Assembly: GCA_030612025.1 (NCBI GenBank)
Contig: JAUWOR010000007.1
Span: forward strand, 15,104-79,103
Direction of reading: 5' to 3'
Origin: Dehalococcoidia bacterium
GTDB lineage: Bacteria; Chloroflexota; Dehalococcoidia; GIF9; AB-539-J10
Length of the DNA stretch: 64,000 nt
The notes under the pieces: model-generated
What the model saw: only the letters and a program-made list of their open reading frames with translations
What the model was told of the DNA's origin: nothing
The model's database searches: none
Translations under genes and position numbers: made by a program
Shown here: piece by piece, positions 47,713 to 58,065 of the stretch
Numbering within the stretch: the stretch's first letter is position 1
How the letters are laid out: each line of letters starts with the position of its first letter

Positions 47713-48720
47713 TCAGACCTCCAGCTTCTCTGGCTGGAAGGGATGACTATCACGTTCGAAATGCGGCAGGTAGTTTTCTGCTGCGTCCATCTGTTGAATC
47801 CAGCCATTTTCTAATCCAAGCTTGTCAACCAATTCAAGGACTTCGGAATACTCTGAGGCAGAGATTTTACGACACAGCTCGGCTATCTGGGTGGCCAGAT
47901 GTGTGGGATAATATTGAGACATGATACTTACAGTAACGTTGGGCGAAATATCATGCACCAGCCAGGTAAGTGAATCGTAACTGCCTGCCAATCGATTGGG
48001 GAGAATGAGATGACGTATAATTAACCCTCTCTGAGCCAGCCCCCAGCCATCTAATACCAACTCATCCCCGACTTGCCGATGCATCTCCAGAATAGCCCGG
48101 CGAGCTCGCATCACATAATCACTGGTATGAGAGAACTTTGCTGCCCAAGCATCAGAAGCATATCTCAAATCAGGCAGGTAGATATCCACAATCCCGTCCA
48201 GCGCCTGGAGGGATGCCACAGAATCATAGGCATTAGTGTTATAAATTATGGGCACTCTAAGTCCCATAGGCACTGCTTCTAAAACTGCTCGAACTAGCTG
48301 AGGCACAAAATGAGAGGGCGAAATAAAACTGATGTTGTGACATCCTAACTCGTCTTGAAGATATATCATACGTTCAGCCAAAGTATGAAAATCCATCTCC
48401 CTAGAAGCTTGGTATTCTGGATCCTGGCTAATGTGATAGTTCTGACAATAAACGCACCTCATGTTGCAATTACCAAAGAAGATAGCTCCGGTCCCTCTAG
48501 TGCCTGAGATAGCTGGCTCCTCGCCATGATGGTCACAGACCGCAGAGACGATGGGCAAATATCCAGAATGGCAAAACCCTTGCTCATTTTTTAGACGGTT
48601 GACATGGCACTTCCTAGGGCAAATATCACACGATGCCAACTGCATTTCCAGCGCCTCCGCCCGGCGCTCAAGCTCACCGCTATGATATAAGCGAAGATAT
48701 GAAGGTTCCACTCCAGGCAC
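47713..48720 (-). CDS. radical SAM protein, pyruvate formate-lyase-activating-enzyme-like (PflX/COG1313 type)
   Basis: An N-terminal CxxxC (CDICPRKC) and the radical-SAM CxxxCxxC (CNMRCVYCQN) are present. Confidence 0.75.
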   Translation of the reverse strand: MPGVEPSYLRLYHSGELERRAEALEMQLASCDICPRKCHVNRLKNEQGFCHSGYLPIVSAVCDHHGEEPAISGTRGTGAIFFGNCNMRCVYCQNYHISQDPEYQASREMDFHTLAERMIYLQDELGCHNISFISPSHFVPQLVRAVLEAVPMGLRVPIIYNTNAYDSVASLQALDGIVDIYLPDLRYASDAWAAKFSHTSDYVMRARRAILEMHRQVGDELVLDGWGLAQRGLIIRHLILPNRLAGSYDSLTWLVHDISPNVTVSIMSQYYPTHLATQIAELCRKISASEYSEVLELVDKLGLENGWIQQMDAAENYLPHFERDSHPFQPEKLEV

Positions 48721-48790
48721 TCCTATACTTTGGTTTTATCCCTCATTGAGGATTAGCTGCCTCCCAACCCTACTATTAGCAATTCCTACC

Positions 48791-49213
48791 TCATAAATCT
48801 TCCAAATCCTGGTAAAAACGAATCATAAGTTGAGTTAACTTATTCCCTTCGTTTAATCTAAAGATTTTAGTTTGCTTTCCCAGAGGCTCTTCCTCCACTA
48901 TCCCAATTCTTACCAAGTCTTCAATCACACGAGAAACACTGGAATGAGATAGACCTGTTTCCACAGCAAGCCCTGATAGATATGTGATTTTACCTCGATT
49001 CTTTAATAGCGTCTCTAGAATAGTTATCCGCGCACTTCGTCCAAGAACTTCTTCTAATATTCCCATAAAAGCCTCGTTGCGTAACATAAGTTTCTCATAA
49101 ATTAGCAGGCTTGTCAATAATACTTCCAAGCTTGCTATTATTCGAAAAAATTGACAAAATAAAGAAAGGTCCGTATAATATTCGGAGTAACTATTTTGCC
49201 ATAGGTCTGCCAA
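48791..49213 (-). CDS. winged-helix transcriptional regulator
   Basis: A wHTH (ITILETLLKNRGKITYLSGLAVETGLSHSSVSRVIEDLVRIGIVEE) is present. The true start is likely an internal Met. The gene is divergent from the DegV gene at 49241. Confidence 0.5.
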   Translation of the reverse strand: MADLWQNSYSEYYTDLSLFCQFFRIIASLEVLLTSLLIYEKLMLRNEAFMGILEEVLGRSARITILETLLKNRGKITYLSGLAVETGLSHSSVSRVIEDLVRIGIVEEEPLGKQTKIFRLNEGNKLTQLMIRFYQDLEDL

Positions 49214-49240
49214 TCAGTAGAGCAGGCCAAGGAGGATTTA

Positions 49241-50077
49241 ATGACAATTAGAATCGTTGCCGATAGTGCATCAGATATTCCAAGCGAGGTCGCACAGAAG
49301 CTAGGGATTAGCATTGTGCCCTTAACAGTCTCTTTTGGAAAGGAGGTTTATAGAGATGGCATTGACCTCAATGCCGCGGAATTCTACTCCAAATTAGTTC
49401 AAAGCAAGACACACCCCGTAACTTCCCAGCCATCGATAGGAAATTTCATCGATGCCTACAAGGCGCTTGCCCGGAAGGGCGATGAGATAATTTCCATTCA
49501 CCTTTCCAGTAAACTGAGCGGCACTTATAATGCCGCGTCACAAGCCAAGGAGGCTATGACGAAAGACTGCCGCATCGAAGTTGTGGATTCTGAATCAGTG
49601 TCCATGGGCACAGGACTCACAGTCATTGCCGCTGCCAAGGCAATTCGAGATGGAGCTAGTTTCCAGCAAGCTATAGATATAGTGCATCATAGCATCCCAC
49701 GAATACATCTGGTGGCCTTTTTCCAGACACTGGAGTATTTAGAGAGAGGGGGACGGATAGGCAAAGGCAAAGCACTTCTCGGCACACTGCTGCATGTAAA
49801 GCCCATAATTATAGTCCGGGATGGTGAGGTTCAGCCATTCGGAAGGGCGCGCACCAGGATGGGTGCATTACGGCGTTTATATAATTTCGCCGAGTCCCTT
49901 CTACATATTAGAGAGCTATCCATTATGTATACCACTATCTTTGAGGAGGTGAAAATACTCGCCGGCTTGTTAAACCCAATTTTTCCTCAAGCTCGTATCC
50001 AGACGGCACAGGTTGGTTCTACATTAGGCACACATACTGGGCCAGGTACCCTTGCTGTTGCCGCCCTAGTAGAATAA
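49241..50077 (+). CDS. DegV family fatty-acid-binding protein
   Basis: N-terminal IVADSASDIP and DegV-fold conservation are present. Confidence 0.8.
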   Translation: MTIRIVADSASDIPSEVAQKLGISIVPLTVSFGKEVYRDGIDLNAAEFYSKLVQSKTHPVTSQPSIGNFIDAYKALARKGDEIISIHLSSKLSGTYNAASQAKEAMTKDCRIEVVDSESVSMGTGLTVIAAAKAIRDGASFQQAIDIVHHSIPRIHLVAFFQTLEYLERGGRIGKGKALLGTLLHVKPIIIVRDGEVQPFGRARTRMGALRRLYNFAESLLHIRELSIMYTTIFEEVKILAGLLNPIFPQARIQTAQVGSTLGTHTGPGTLAVAALVE

Positions 50078-50097
50078 CACGACCCCAGATTGTGTAT

Positions 50098-51045
50098 TTA
50101 TATGAGGGCGATGACCAAAGTTCCGGGGCCTACATATGTAGATGTAACACAGCCAAGCCTCGTGATAAGAATACGCTCTCTGGGAAGTAATGGCCCCAGA
50201 CGCTCAGCGAGCATCTCTGCCTCATCAATTACTGTGGAATAGGCAATCGCTATCTCTTTTACACCTGGAAAGCTTTCTGCCCACCGCTTTAAGCGATTTA
50301 AGGCCATTGCCCGACCAATAAGCAACATAGGAGAACGTATTTTACCACCATTGTAGACCTCGCCCAGCAGCTTAATACCTAGTGCCATGCTTATTTTCCC
50401 CAAGAGAATTAGCCCCCTCGTTAGCCGAAAGCGTTTTCCCTTAAAAAGATAAGCAAAGTTATCAACCTTCCCAAACATGCGACTCCGTGACACAGTTTGA
50501 TGTATTATGTCAAGAATCTGGTCTAAATTCTTCCCTTCTTGGACTGCCCTGGCAGCGGCTATGACTATCAGCCCCAAGCCTACAGAGACCGAGTTCGAAT
50601 CTACTACTTCCACGCGGCACTTACCCCCTATGTAACTCTGGGCTAACTTTGCCACATCATGTGTGCCGCTATAGCCGGGGGAGAGATGGATAGAAATGAT
50701 TTCATCAGTTTCAACGGCCAGATTGTTATACACTGTGACAAAATCGCCTGGCGATGGCACAGAGGTTTTGGGGGATTCCCGCCCATGAACTAGCTCGTGG
50801 TAAACCCTGTCAGGTTTAAGGTCTACGCCATCGCGATAAGTCTCGGCACCTATTTGGATATACAGTGGCACTATAGTAATGGAGAGCTGGCGCGCTATCT
50901 CAAGAGGAATGTCGCAAGTACTATCAGTCACTACTTTAACCATTATTGCTAATCCTCCTAGTTCAAAGTGAAAGCTACTGGCTTTCTCCGTTATTATATC
51001 ATTGAGCAACTGCGATAACTCTTGAGTAACCAGAAAAGGTAACAA
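50098..51045 (-). CDS. DegV family protein (second paralogue)
   Basis: An internal VVTDSTCDIP motif is present. The real start is probably the Met before KVVTDS, about 35 codons in. Confidence 0.7.
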   Translation of the reverse strand: MLPFLVTQELSQLLNDIITEKASSFHFELGGLAIMVKVVTDSTCDIPLEIARQLSITIVPLYIQIGAETYRDGVDLKPDRVYHELVHGRESPKTSVPSPGDFVTVYNNLAVETDEIISIHLSPGYSGTHDVAKLAQSYIGGKCRVEVVDSNSVSVGLGLIVIAAARAVQEGKNLDQILDIIHQTVSRSRMFGKVDNFAYLFKGKRFRLTRGLILLGKISMALGIKLLGEVYNGGKIRSPMLLIGRAMALNRLKRWAESFPGVKEIAIAYSTVIDEAEMLAERLGPLLPRERILITRLGCVTSTYVGPGTLVIALI

Positions 51046-51094
51046 GAAACTTGATAAACTATCATCGATGATGCCTCTCCAGATGGCTTAGAAT

Positions 51095-51898
51095 GTGTTT
51101 CAATTCAGCCAATCATTAGCTAGGCATACTCCTACAGGAACCAATATGGAAAGAGAAGCTGTTAGCAAAAGGAAGCTATACAACCTACTGGCTAAACTCA
51201 AAACCAGCCCTGGAGATTATATAACCCTGTATGTGAAACCTTCTTCCTTTCCAAATTTTATAAACGAACTATTGCTAGAACCTAAATATAGTATATGCGT
51301 TGATGAAATCAAAGAGTCGGTTAATACTAAAGCCGTTATCCAAGAAGCTGGGAGGTATAAAACGGGAGCAGCTATATTTTGGCATGAAATTGGAAACAGG
51401 TATATAGTGCTGCCTCCATTCCCTATCAGAGAAAATAAAGTTTTGCTTGGCGCGCTTGATACTTCGCTTCTACAGGAAACACTGGGGAGAAAATATACTA
51501 TAGGAGTCGTATTAGTAACCTGGGGTTCATACGCTCTAGGAATTTTCCACGGCGCTGACTTGATAGAATCAAAAGTGGGTACCGGGTACATCCATAAGGA
51601 ACATAAGAAAGGCGGCAGAAGCCAAAAAAGATTTGCCCGGAGAACTGAAGAGCAGAAAAAGGACTTCCTGAGAAAAGTTAGTAATAGAATTAAGGAAAGA
51701 TTTAAAAATCACGCCCTGGACTATATTTTCTTCGGGGGGAACAGATTAATTAGCAAGCCATTGTTGACAGAGTGCCGATATCTTGAATTAGAGAGTGACA
51801 AAATTTCGGCAAGAATTTTGAATGTAAGGTATGCAAACAAGGAAGCCTTAGACCACAGCCTGGATGAAATAACAAAATCGCTAGCCTTTACTTACTGA
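51095..51898 (+). CDS. eRF1-like / VLRF1-family putative peptidyl-tRNA hydrolase domain protein
   Basis: A central GGRSQKRF segment resembles the GGQ-like catalytic loop of Vms1/VLRF1 and archaeo-bacterial homologues. An eRF1-domain-2-like fold is predicted from alternating hydrophobic patterns. Confidence 0.45.
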   Translation: MFQFSQSLARHTPTGTNMEREAVSKRKLYNLLAKLKTSPGDYITLYVKPSSFPNFINELLLEPKYSICVDEIKESVNTKAVIQEAGRYKTGAAIFWHEIGNRYIVLPPFPIRENKVLLGALDTSLLQETLGRKYTIGVVLVTWGSYALGIFHGADLIESKVGTGYIHKEHKKGGRSQKRFARRTEEQKKDFLRKVSNRIKERFKNHALDYIFFGGNRLISKPLLTECRYLELESDKISARILNVRYANKEALDHSLDEITKSLAFTY

Positions 51899-52048
51899 AG
51901 GCGTAAAAATATATGGCCTAACAAATACCATACTTGCCGGAGACCAAATCACCAAGCTTCTTTCTAACCCCTGAATTTCGAGCGCCTAGAGGCAACCTAG
52001 ATATCAAATCTAAGTTCCTCCAGACGCTCAGCAAATGGCTGCGAGTAT

Positions 52049-52192
52049 TTAGGCTTTACCTATTCTGAATACCTTCGTCCCACAGCTCGGGCAGACACCC
52101 TGCACTGCTGGTCTGCCGTTCTTAAGGGTAATCTGTCTGGGGTTTCTTATTTCGACTTTCCTCCTGCACTTCATGCAATACGCTGTTGCCAT
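52049..52192 (-). CDS. DUF5679-family small zinc-ribbon protein
   Basis: A hand-translated 47-aa ORF missed by the ORF track: MATAYCMKCRRKVEIRNPRQITLKNGRPAVQGVCPSCGTKVFRIGKA. It has CxxC...CxxC and an AGGAGGG RBS 5 nt upstream. Confidence 0.7.
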   Translation of the reverse strand: MATAYCMKCRRKVEIRNPRQITLKNGRPAVQGVCPSCGTKVFRIGKA

Positions 52193-52253
52193 GATGCCCT
52201 CCTTTTTCTAAAATTATTTCTACTAATATAATTACTGCAAGATTGAACTCTTG

Positions 52254-52910
52254 TCAATACCCTAGGCCCTGTTTTTTAAACAAAATTACCCTGACCACTC
52301 CTAAAATGAATAAACCAAAAACCAGAAGAGCCTTTCTGCCCTCAGGCATAGGATTCCAGAAGCTTCGCCAAAAGGAATCCATTACCTCGCCCAGTTCAAT
52401 GTCAGGAATCTGAAAGAACCTCTTACCTGTTTCGGGATCCCGTTGGTAAAACTTGACTTTAGGATTCTCAAGGGAGGTCTCCATTTTGCCCTCATAATCC
52501 ACCCACATATGTATGGGAGAACAGTTAAAGTAGTAGGGAATGTTCTTCGCTTCAAAGATGGATGCTAGAACTAAAGCTTGGGCTTTGCAATCCCCCTTTT
52601 CTTTCTCCAATACCACTTTGGTGGCGGGGAAATACCACGGCATGCCATGAACTTCCCAGTCATAGTTATAAGTTATTCTCGCCTGAACTGTCTTTTCTAT
52701 CGCTACAGGATCGGAGGGAAGGCCCGCCAGCATGGGTTCAACAGCACCAGGGTCAACATCTGGGCTAAAAATCCTGTGCACGCTAATAATCAAGTTTAAG
52801 GGATTGGGATATAACACAAACAATATCCAAAGTCCCAGTAATAAGGGAAAATACCGGTGAAAAACTTTTCCAGTAAAAATCCACCACTTCACTTTAATGC
52901 TATCTGGCAT
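52254..52910 (-). CDS. transglutaminase-like cysteine peptidase domain membrane protein
   Basis: An N-terminal TM helix is followed by a transglutaminase-core Cys (KGDCKAQALVLASIF) and a downstream His. Confidence 0.6.
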   Translation of the reverse strand: MPDSIKVKWWIFTGKVFHRYFPLLLGLWILFVLYPNPLNLIISVHRIFSPDVDPGAVEPMLAGLPSDPVAIEKTVQARITYNYDWEVHGMPWYFPATKVVLEKEKGDCKAQALVLASIFEAKNIPYYFNCSPIHMWVDYEGKMETSLENPKVKFYQRDPETGKRFFQIPDIELGEVMDSFWRSFWNPMPEGRKALLVFGLFILGVVRVILFKKQGLGY

Positions 52911-53106
52911 TCCTTTTCGTCAATCTCGTCTCTCCCCTGAATGCCCTTTAATATGCACTTGCAGCACTGCTTTAAGCAGTTATGATAAACTCAAAGCCAG
53001 TCGGCTAACTCATAATCAATAATCTCATCAACCAAGAACCTTGTGACGAGAGCGATATTTCTAAAGGTATCAGTGTCAAGCAATGAAAACCTTTCATAAA
53101 TTATCT

Positions 53107-53712
53107 TTACTGCTCATCCTGAATTAAAGGCACAGCACAGCTAACATCCCTGATAATTGAAGCTAGATAAAGGATCTTTTCCAATCTATTTCGTAGTGCT
53201 ACCTCCCAAGCTAGAACCTCCTCAACACTCGGGTCAAGGATATACTTAGCATAAGCCGCCTGATCCACAACAAAGTTCTTACCATATAATAACCTGGTAA
53301 CTCTATATTCCTTGGCAGCCATTCCAATATTATAGAGAAGCGCATTTACGCAACCTTGGGAAAGATTGTATTGCTTCGCCACCCTTATCAAGTCTTTGGG
53401 AACCTTGATAAGGTAGTATTCTAAAGAGCCATGTAAAACGGAATGCGCCGCCTGGCGTCTAATCCCAGCTAAACCGACAAGCTGAGGTATTTCCAGAAAC
53501 TTATCCACATAAACAGTGATTGTCGATTTTCCAGACAAAGCATCATGGGTAGCAAAAAAAGTTTCCCTGGCAGATTTTTCAACTATGTGGAGGTCAACTG
53601 AATCAGCCATCGGCTCGCCTATGATTTTATAGCACCCATCTAAAGCGCTCACGATTTTATCCACAATAGATTGCGATACTTCTCCGCTCTTTGTTACCGA
53701 GAGCTTTGTCAT
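53107..53712 (-). CDS. hypothetical protein
   Basis: A 201-aa ORF with no recognisable motifs. Confidence 0.4.
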   Translation of the reverse strand: MTKLSVTKSGEVSQSIVDKIVSALDGCYKIIGEPMADSVDLHIVEKSARETFFATHDALSGKSTITVYVDKFLEIPQLVGLAGIRRQAAHSVLHGSLEYYLIKVPKDLIRVAKQYNLSQGCVNALLYNIGMAAKEYRVTRLLYGKNFVVDQAAYAKYILDPSVEEVLAWEVALRNRLEKILYLASIIRDVSCAVPLIQDEQ

Positions 53713-53830
53713 CAGCGTTTTGTCACCTTAAATGCCAGCCAGCCACAAACGCCCCAAAACCAAAATTAGCCCGCTGCCAAATCCCCAGCGTGTATGAGTA
53801 ACTAGCTTGCCAACAGAACAAAAATTTCAC

Positions 53831-54280
53831 CTAACACTTGCCTCTCCTAAGCTTCTCTCTTCTTATCCTCTGTAAAGTTCCCTCGCTAATGCCAAAGTGG
53901 TGGGCTATTTCGTGGCGCACTACTTCCTGTACTTTCATTTCAATTTCCTTATCAAAACGGCACAGCGCCTCTATAGGCTTCTGGAAGATGGTTATCTTGT
54001 CTGGCAAAACCATTCCATACCCTCTACCTCGTTTGGTTTGGGGTACACCTTGATAAAGGCCTAGCAGTTGGGTGGGGTGTTTAAGTTTAACCTGCCTTAG
54101 TTGCCTCGATGTCGGCCAGTCCTCTACAACCACATCAACATTTTCCAGTTTGCTTTGAAACTCTGGAGGCAAATCCTCAATTGCCTTGGCCACAAGAGAC
54201 TCAAATCTCTCCTCTGGCATATCTCTAAATCCACTCACCGGCATTATTCTACCACGTATCTTGCTTTTTCCCTTTATCAA
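53831..54280 (-). CDS. zincin-like metallopeptidase family protein (DUF1025-type)
   Basis: A C-terminal HEIAHHFG motif and acidic N-terminal region match this small family. Confidence 0.6.
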   Translation of the reverse strand: MIKGKSKIRGRIMPVSGFRDMPEERFESLVAKAIEDLPPEFQSKLENVDVVVEDWPTSRQLRQVKLKHPTQLLGLYQGVPQTKRGRGYGMVLPDKITIFQKPIEALCRFDKEIEMKVQEVVRHEIAHHFGISEGTLQRIRREKLRRGKC

Positions 54281-54349
54281 CCAGCTTTTCTTGACGAGAG
54301 CTAATAAATAGGATAGGCTATTTGCTCAAAGCTAGGAGGAAAAACCAAA

Positions 54350-54733
54350 TTGTGGTGTCGCGGCATCAGAGGTGCTATTACAGTTACGGCAAATAATAAA
54401 GCGAGCATTATAGCTGCCAGCAAGGAGCTACTCGAGGAAATGGTACAGGCCAATGGAATTGAGATTGACGAGGTAGCTGCCATCTTTTTCACTACCACGT
54501 CAGACTTAAATGCTGAGTTCCCAGCAGCGGCAACACGGGAGCTAGGATGGCCACAGCACCTTGCCTTACTTTGCGGACACGAGATGAATGTTCCCCACAG
54601 TCTACCTCGCTGCTTGAGGGTTTTAATGCTAGTAAATACAGGAAAAGGAGCCGAAGAAATTAAGCATATTTACTTAAGGGAAGCAAGAAAGCTGAAAAGA
54701 GACGAAGCAATAATACCTGGAGGTAAAACATGA
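54350..54733 (+). CDS. aroH: chorismate mutase, AroH type
   Basis: The N-terminus RGIRGAITV and a ~120-aa length are typical of monofunctional AroH. It is adjacent to DAHP synthase. Confidence 0.8.
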   Translation: MWCRGIRGAITVTANNKASIIAASKELLEEMVQANGIEIDEVAAIFFTTTSDLNAEFPAAATRELGWPQHLALLCGHEMNVPHSLPRCLRVLMLVNTGKGAEEIKHIYLREARKLKRDEAIIPGGKT

Positions 54734-55755
54734 TTGTAGTCATGAAAACTAGCTGCAGCCAAGGTGAAATTGATGGGGTTGTGGAGCGCATCCAACAACT
54801 AGGATTAAAGACGCATGTATCACAAGGTGTCGAGCGTACAATTATAGGGATATTAGGCCAAGTTCTTACCAATCTCCAAGATACATTGCTGCTATTGCCC
54901 GGGGTGGAAGAGATTATCCCCGTTAGTAAGCCTTATAAGCTTGCCAGTCGGGAGTTCCACCCTCAAAATACCATAGTCAAGATAAATGACATTGCCATTG
55001 GTGGTGATGAAATAGTTATTATGGCTGGACCCTGCGCGGTAGAAAGCGAAGAGCAACTTCTAGCTACCGCTCGGGAAGTCAAAGCAAATGGCGCTAGTAT
55101 CTTACGCGGTGGCGCCTTTAAACCAAGTACCTCACCTTATCACTTTCGTGGATTAGGTGAGGTGGGGCTCAAAATGCTAGCAAAAGCCCGAGAGGAAACT
55201 GGGATGCCCATCATTACTGAAGTAATGGCACCAAATGACGTTGAGCTCGTAGCTAGCTATGCTGACATCCTCCAGATTGGGGCACGAAACATGCAGAATT
55301 TCATTCTGCTGGACGAAGTGGGGAAAACGAGGAAACCGGTGATGCTCAAGCGAGGTTTATCAGCTACAATTCAAGAATGGCTATTAGCTGCTGAATATAT
55401 TCTAGCCCAAGGTAATGAACAACTTATCCTCTGCGAACGTGGCATTAGAACCTTTGAAACTTCCACTCGTTATACTATGGATATCAGCGCTATCCCCTTA
55501 ATTAAAAGAGTTAGCCATCTGCCCATCATTGCTGACCCCAGTCATGCCACAGGCAAGTGGTATTTGGTAGCTCCACTGGCACTAGCAGCGATAGCCGCTG
55601 GGGCTGATGGATTGATGATAGAAGTCCACCCTAACCCTGATCTGGCGCTTAAAGATGGTGCTCAATCGCTTACCTTTGAACATTTCCGACAATTTACGTC
55701 TCAATTAATACCTGTAGTCCAAGCTAGCGGGAGAAAATTGGCTACTTCTGAATAA
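54730..55755 (+). CDS. 3-deoxy-7-phosphoheptulonate (DAHP) synthase, type I-beta with N-terminal regulatory domain
   Basis: An N-terminal ACT/ferredoxin-like domain (~70 aa) precedes [13 protein letters not shown]-like and downstream motifs. This matches the Thermotoga-type architecture. Confidence 0.85.
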   Translation: MIVVMKTSCSQGEIDGVVERIQQLGLKTHVSQGVERTIIGILGQVLTNLQDTLLLLPGVEEIIPVSKPYKLASREFHPQNTIVKINDIAIGGDEIVIMAGPCAVESEEQLLATAREVKANGASILRGGAFKPSTSPYHFRGLGEVGLKMLAKAREETGMPIITEVMAPNDVELVASYADILQIGARNMQNFILLDEVGKTRKPVMLKRGLSATIQEWLLAAEYILAQGNEQLILCERGIRTFETSTRYTMDISAIPLIKRVSHLPIIADPSHATGKWYLVAPLALAAIAAGADGLMIEVHPNPDLALKDGAQSLTFEHFRQFTSQLIPVVQASGRKLATSE

Positions 55756-55776
55756 AGATTAAGTCCCAAGCTTCGA

Positions 55777-56703
55777 ATGAGGATTGAGCAAGAATTAATC
55801 GGCATAGTTCCCGAAAAGGAAACACTTATCACCATCGGCGTCTTTGATGGCGTTCATGCAGGGCATCGCTACCTGATTAAAAGACTGAACCAGCGAGCCA
55901 GGGAGGAAAATTTGCTTAGCGGCGTAGTCACCTTCAACCCCCATCCACAATCTATGTTGCGCCCCCGTAATCAATTACTGTGGCTAAGCAGCCTAGAGGA
56001 CCGAGGTAAGGAACTTCAAGAACTGGGTGTAGCTTTAATCGCAGTGCTATCTTTCACTTTAGAGCTAGCTCAACTCAGTGCCAGAGAGTTTGTCGCCTTG
56101 CTTAAGAAGTATCTCAAGATGCGTGGCCTTATAATCGGCCCTGACTTCGCTTTAGGCAGAGGACGCGAGGGCGATGCTAATTTACTGCGCACATTGGGAC
56201 AAGAAATGACGTTTAGCGTGGAAGTCATGCCTCCATTTACAATCAATGGTGAAATAGTGCGTAGCACTCTTATTCGTCGAGCGCTGGCTCAAGGTGATAT
56301 GACGAAGGTAGAAAGTTTGATGGGGCGCTATTTCAAGCTTAGTGCCAAAGTTATCTCCGCAGACAAACGCGGCCAAAGGTTAGGATTTCCTACTGCTAAC
56401 TTAGATATAAGGCCAGGACAAGCATTGCCCGGCAACGGTGTTTATGCCACTATTACTCAAGTAGAGGGAAAGCAATTTGCTTCAGCCACCAATATTGGCA
56501 CACGCCCCACTTTTGAAAGTGGTAAAAAGACCGTGGAAACTCACCTCCTCGATTACGAAGGTAATTTATACGGCAAAGAACTCCAGGTTAAATTTATACA
56601 CAAATTGAGAGATGAGCAACGCTTTGCTTCGTCTAAAGAACTAGAGGCTCAGATTAAAAAAGATGTCGAAAAGGTAAAAATAATAACTAGAGAATTAAAA
56701 TGA
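55777..56703 (+). CDS. ribF: bifunctional riboflavin kinase / FAD synthetase
   Basis: The FAD synthetase N-terminus (GVFDGVHAGHRYL) and a riboflavin kinase C-terminal domain (PTANL...; GVYA) are present. Confidence 0.85.
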   Translation: MRIEQELIGIVPEKETLITIGVFDGVHAGHRYLIKRLNQRAREENLLSGVVTFNPHPQSMLRPRNQLLWLSSLEDRGKELQELGVALIAVLSFTLELAQLSAREFVALLKKYLKMRGLIIGPDFALGRGREGDANLLRTLGQEMTFSVEVMPPFTINGEIVRSTLIRRALAQGDMTKVESLMGRYFKLSAKVISADKRGQRLGFPTANLDIRPGQALPGNGVYATITQVEGKQFASATNIGTRPTFESGKKTVETHLLDYEGNLYGKELQVKFIHKLRDEQRFASSKELEAQIKKDVEKVKIITRELK

Positions 56704-57929
56704 CCGATCCTTCATTCTTCAGGACAGGCTTCAAATTTAGCTCCCTCCTAAAGCGAGGGGTAGCTGAAGTCATCGTCGAACAGGAGCTGATACAGCTACT
56801 AGAATCAGGAAAACGCCTAAGGTTAAAACAAGGTTTTGACCCCAGCACCACAGATATCCACCTAGGACATGTAGCTGGTTTGAGGAAATTGCGCCAGTTT
56901 CAAGAGCTAGGACATAAAGTCATTCTCATAGTTGGTGACTGGACAGCACGAATTGGAGACCCAAGCGGTCAATCAGCTACTCGCCCCATGCTTTCTCAAA
57001 AAGAAGTAGAGGCTAATGCCCAAACTTATTTGAGACAATTCTTCAAAGTGGTAGATAAGGATAAAACGGAAGTAAGATGGCAAAGCGAGTGGTACGACAA
57101 ATTCACTCTAAACGAGGTAATTAAACTCACGAGCAGATTTACTATAGCGCAACTTTTAGCTAGGGAAGATTTCAATAAAAGATATAGCTCTGGCAATCCT
57201 ATTTCTCTAACCGAGATGCTCTATCCCTTACTCCAGGGTTATGACTCAGTAGTTATCAAAGCTGATGTCGAATTTGGCGGTACTGACCAGAAATTTAATT
57301 GCCTCCTAGGTAGAGAACTACAGCAGTCCATGGGCCAGTCTCCTCAACAGGTTTTCCTCGTTCCCCTTCTCATTGGCACTGATGGCAGCCAGAAGATGAG
57401 CAAGAGCCTGGGTAACCATATAGGTATTGACGAACCACCCCGGGAAATGTATAGCAAGGTAATGTCTATTCCTGACCATCTTATCATCGATTATTTTGAA
57501 TTAGTAACTGATGTCCCAGATGAAGAAATCGCTGAATTTAAGAAGCAGTTGAATACCCACTCAGTTAACCCCATAAAGCTTAAAAAACGGTTGGCCTATG
57601 AAATTGCAACACAATTCCATGGTCATAAGGCAGCAAGCGAGGCAGAAGAGTACTTTACTAAAGTATTTCAGAAAAGAGAAATACCAGAGGAGATCCCCGA
57701 ATATGTTTTTGCAGCTAGCTATACCAAGGACAGGCTATACCATATTGATATCGCTCCAACTCTACTTCAAGAGGGACTGGTTAAAAGCAATAGTGAATTG
57801 AAGCGCTTACTGACTCAAGGAGCAATTGAGCTAGACGGTGAAAAGATAAGCAGTAGTCTCATTGCTGCTCATAGTGGCAGCATCCTTAGAATAGGGAGGC
57901 GCCGTTTTGTCAAGATAGCCATCAAATAA
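56700..57929 (+). CDS. tyrS: tyrosine--tRNA ligase
   Basis: HIGH-type motif (HLGHVAGL), KMSKS, and a C-terminal S4 domain are present. Confidence 0.9.
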   Translation: MTDPSFFRTGFKFSSLLKRGVAEVIVEQELIQLLESGKRLRLKQGFDPSTTDIHLGHVAGLRKLRQFQELGHKVILIVGDWTARIGDPSGQSATRPMLSQKEVEANAQTYLRQFFKVVDKDKTEVRWQSEWYDKFTLNEVIKLTSRFTIAQLLAREDFNKRYSSGNPISLTEMLYPLLQGYDSVVIKADVEFGGTDQKFNCLLGRELQQSMGQSPQQVFLVPLLIGTDGSQKMSKSLGNHIGIDEPPREMYSKVMSIPDHLIIDYFELVTDVPDEEIAEFKKQLNTHSVNPIKLKKRLAYEIATQFHGHKAASEAEEYFTKVFQKREIPEEIPEYVFAASYTKDRLYHIDIAPTLLQEGLVKSNSELKRLLTQGAIELDGEKISSSLIAAHSGSILRIGRRRFVKIAIK

Positions 57930-57934
57930 AATGC

Positions 57935-58050
57935 ACTCTTATGTCATCTTGAGCCCTTCACTTCCTGTCATTCTGAGGAAGCGAAGCGACCGAAGAATCT
58001 CGCTCAGGGTAAACTCCGCGAAGGGTCTAAGGAATGACAAGGAGGCGAAC
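57935..58050. repeat. REP-like palindromic repeat (same family)
   Basis: GTCATCTTGAGCCCTTCAC...GTCATTCTGAGGAAGCGAAGCGACCGAAGAATCTCGCTCAGGG...AGGAATGACA, lying between tyrS and the aminotransferase gene. Confidence 0.65.
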
Positions 58051-58065
58051 TGGAGGTAAATATAA

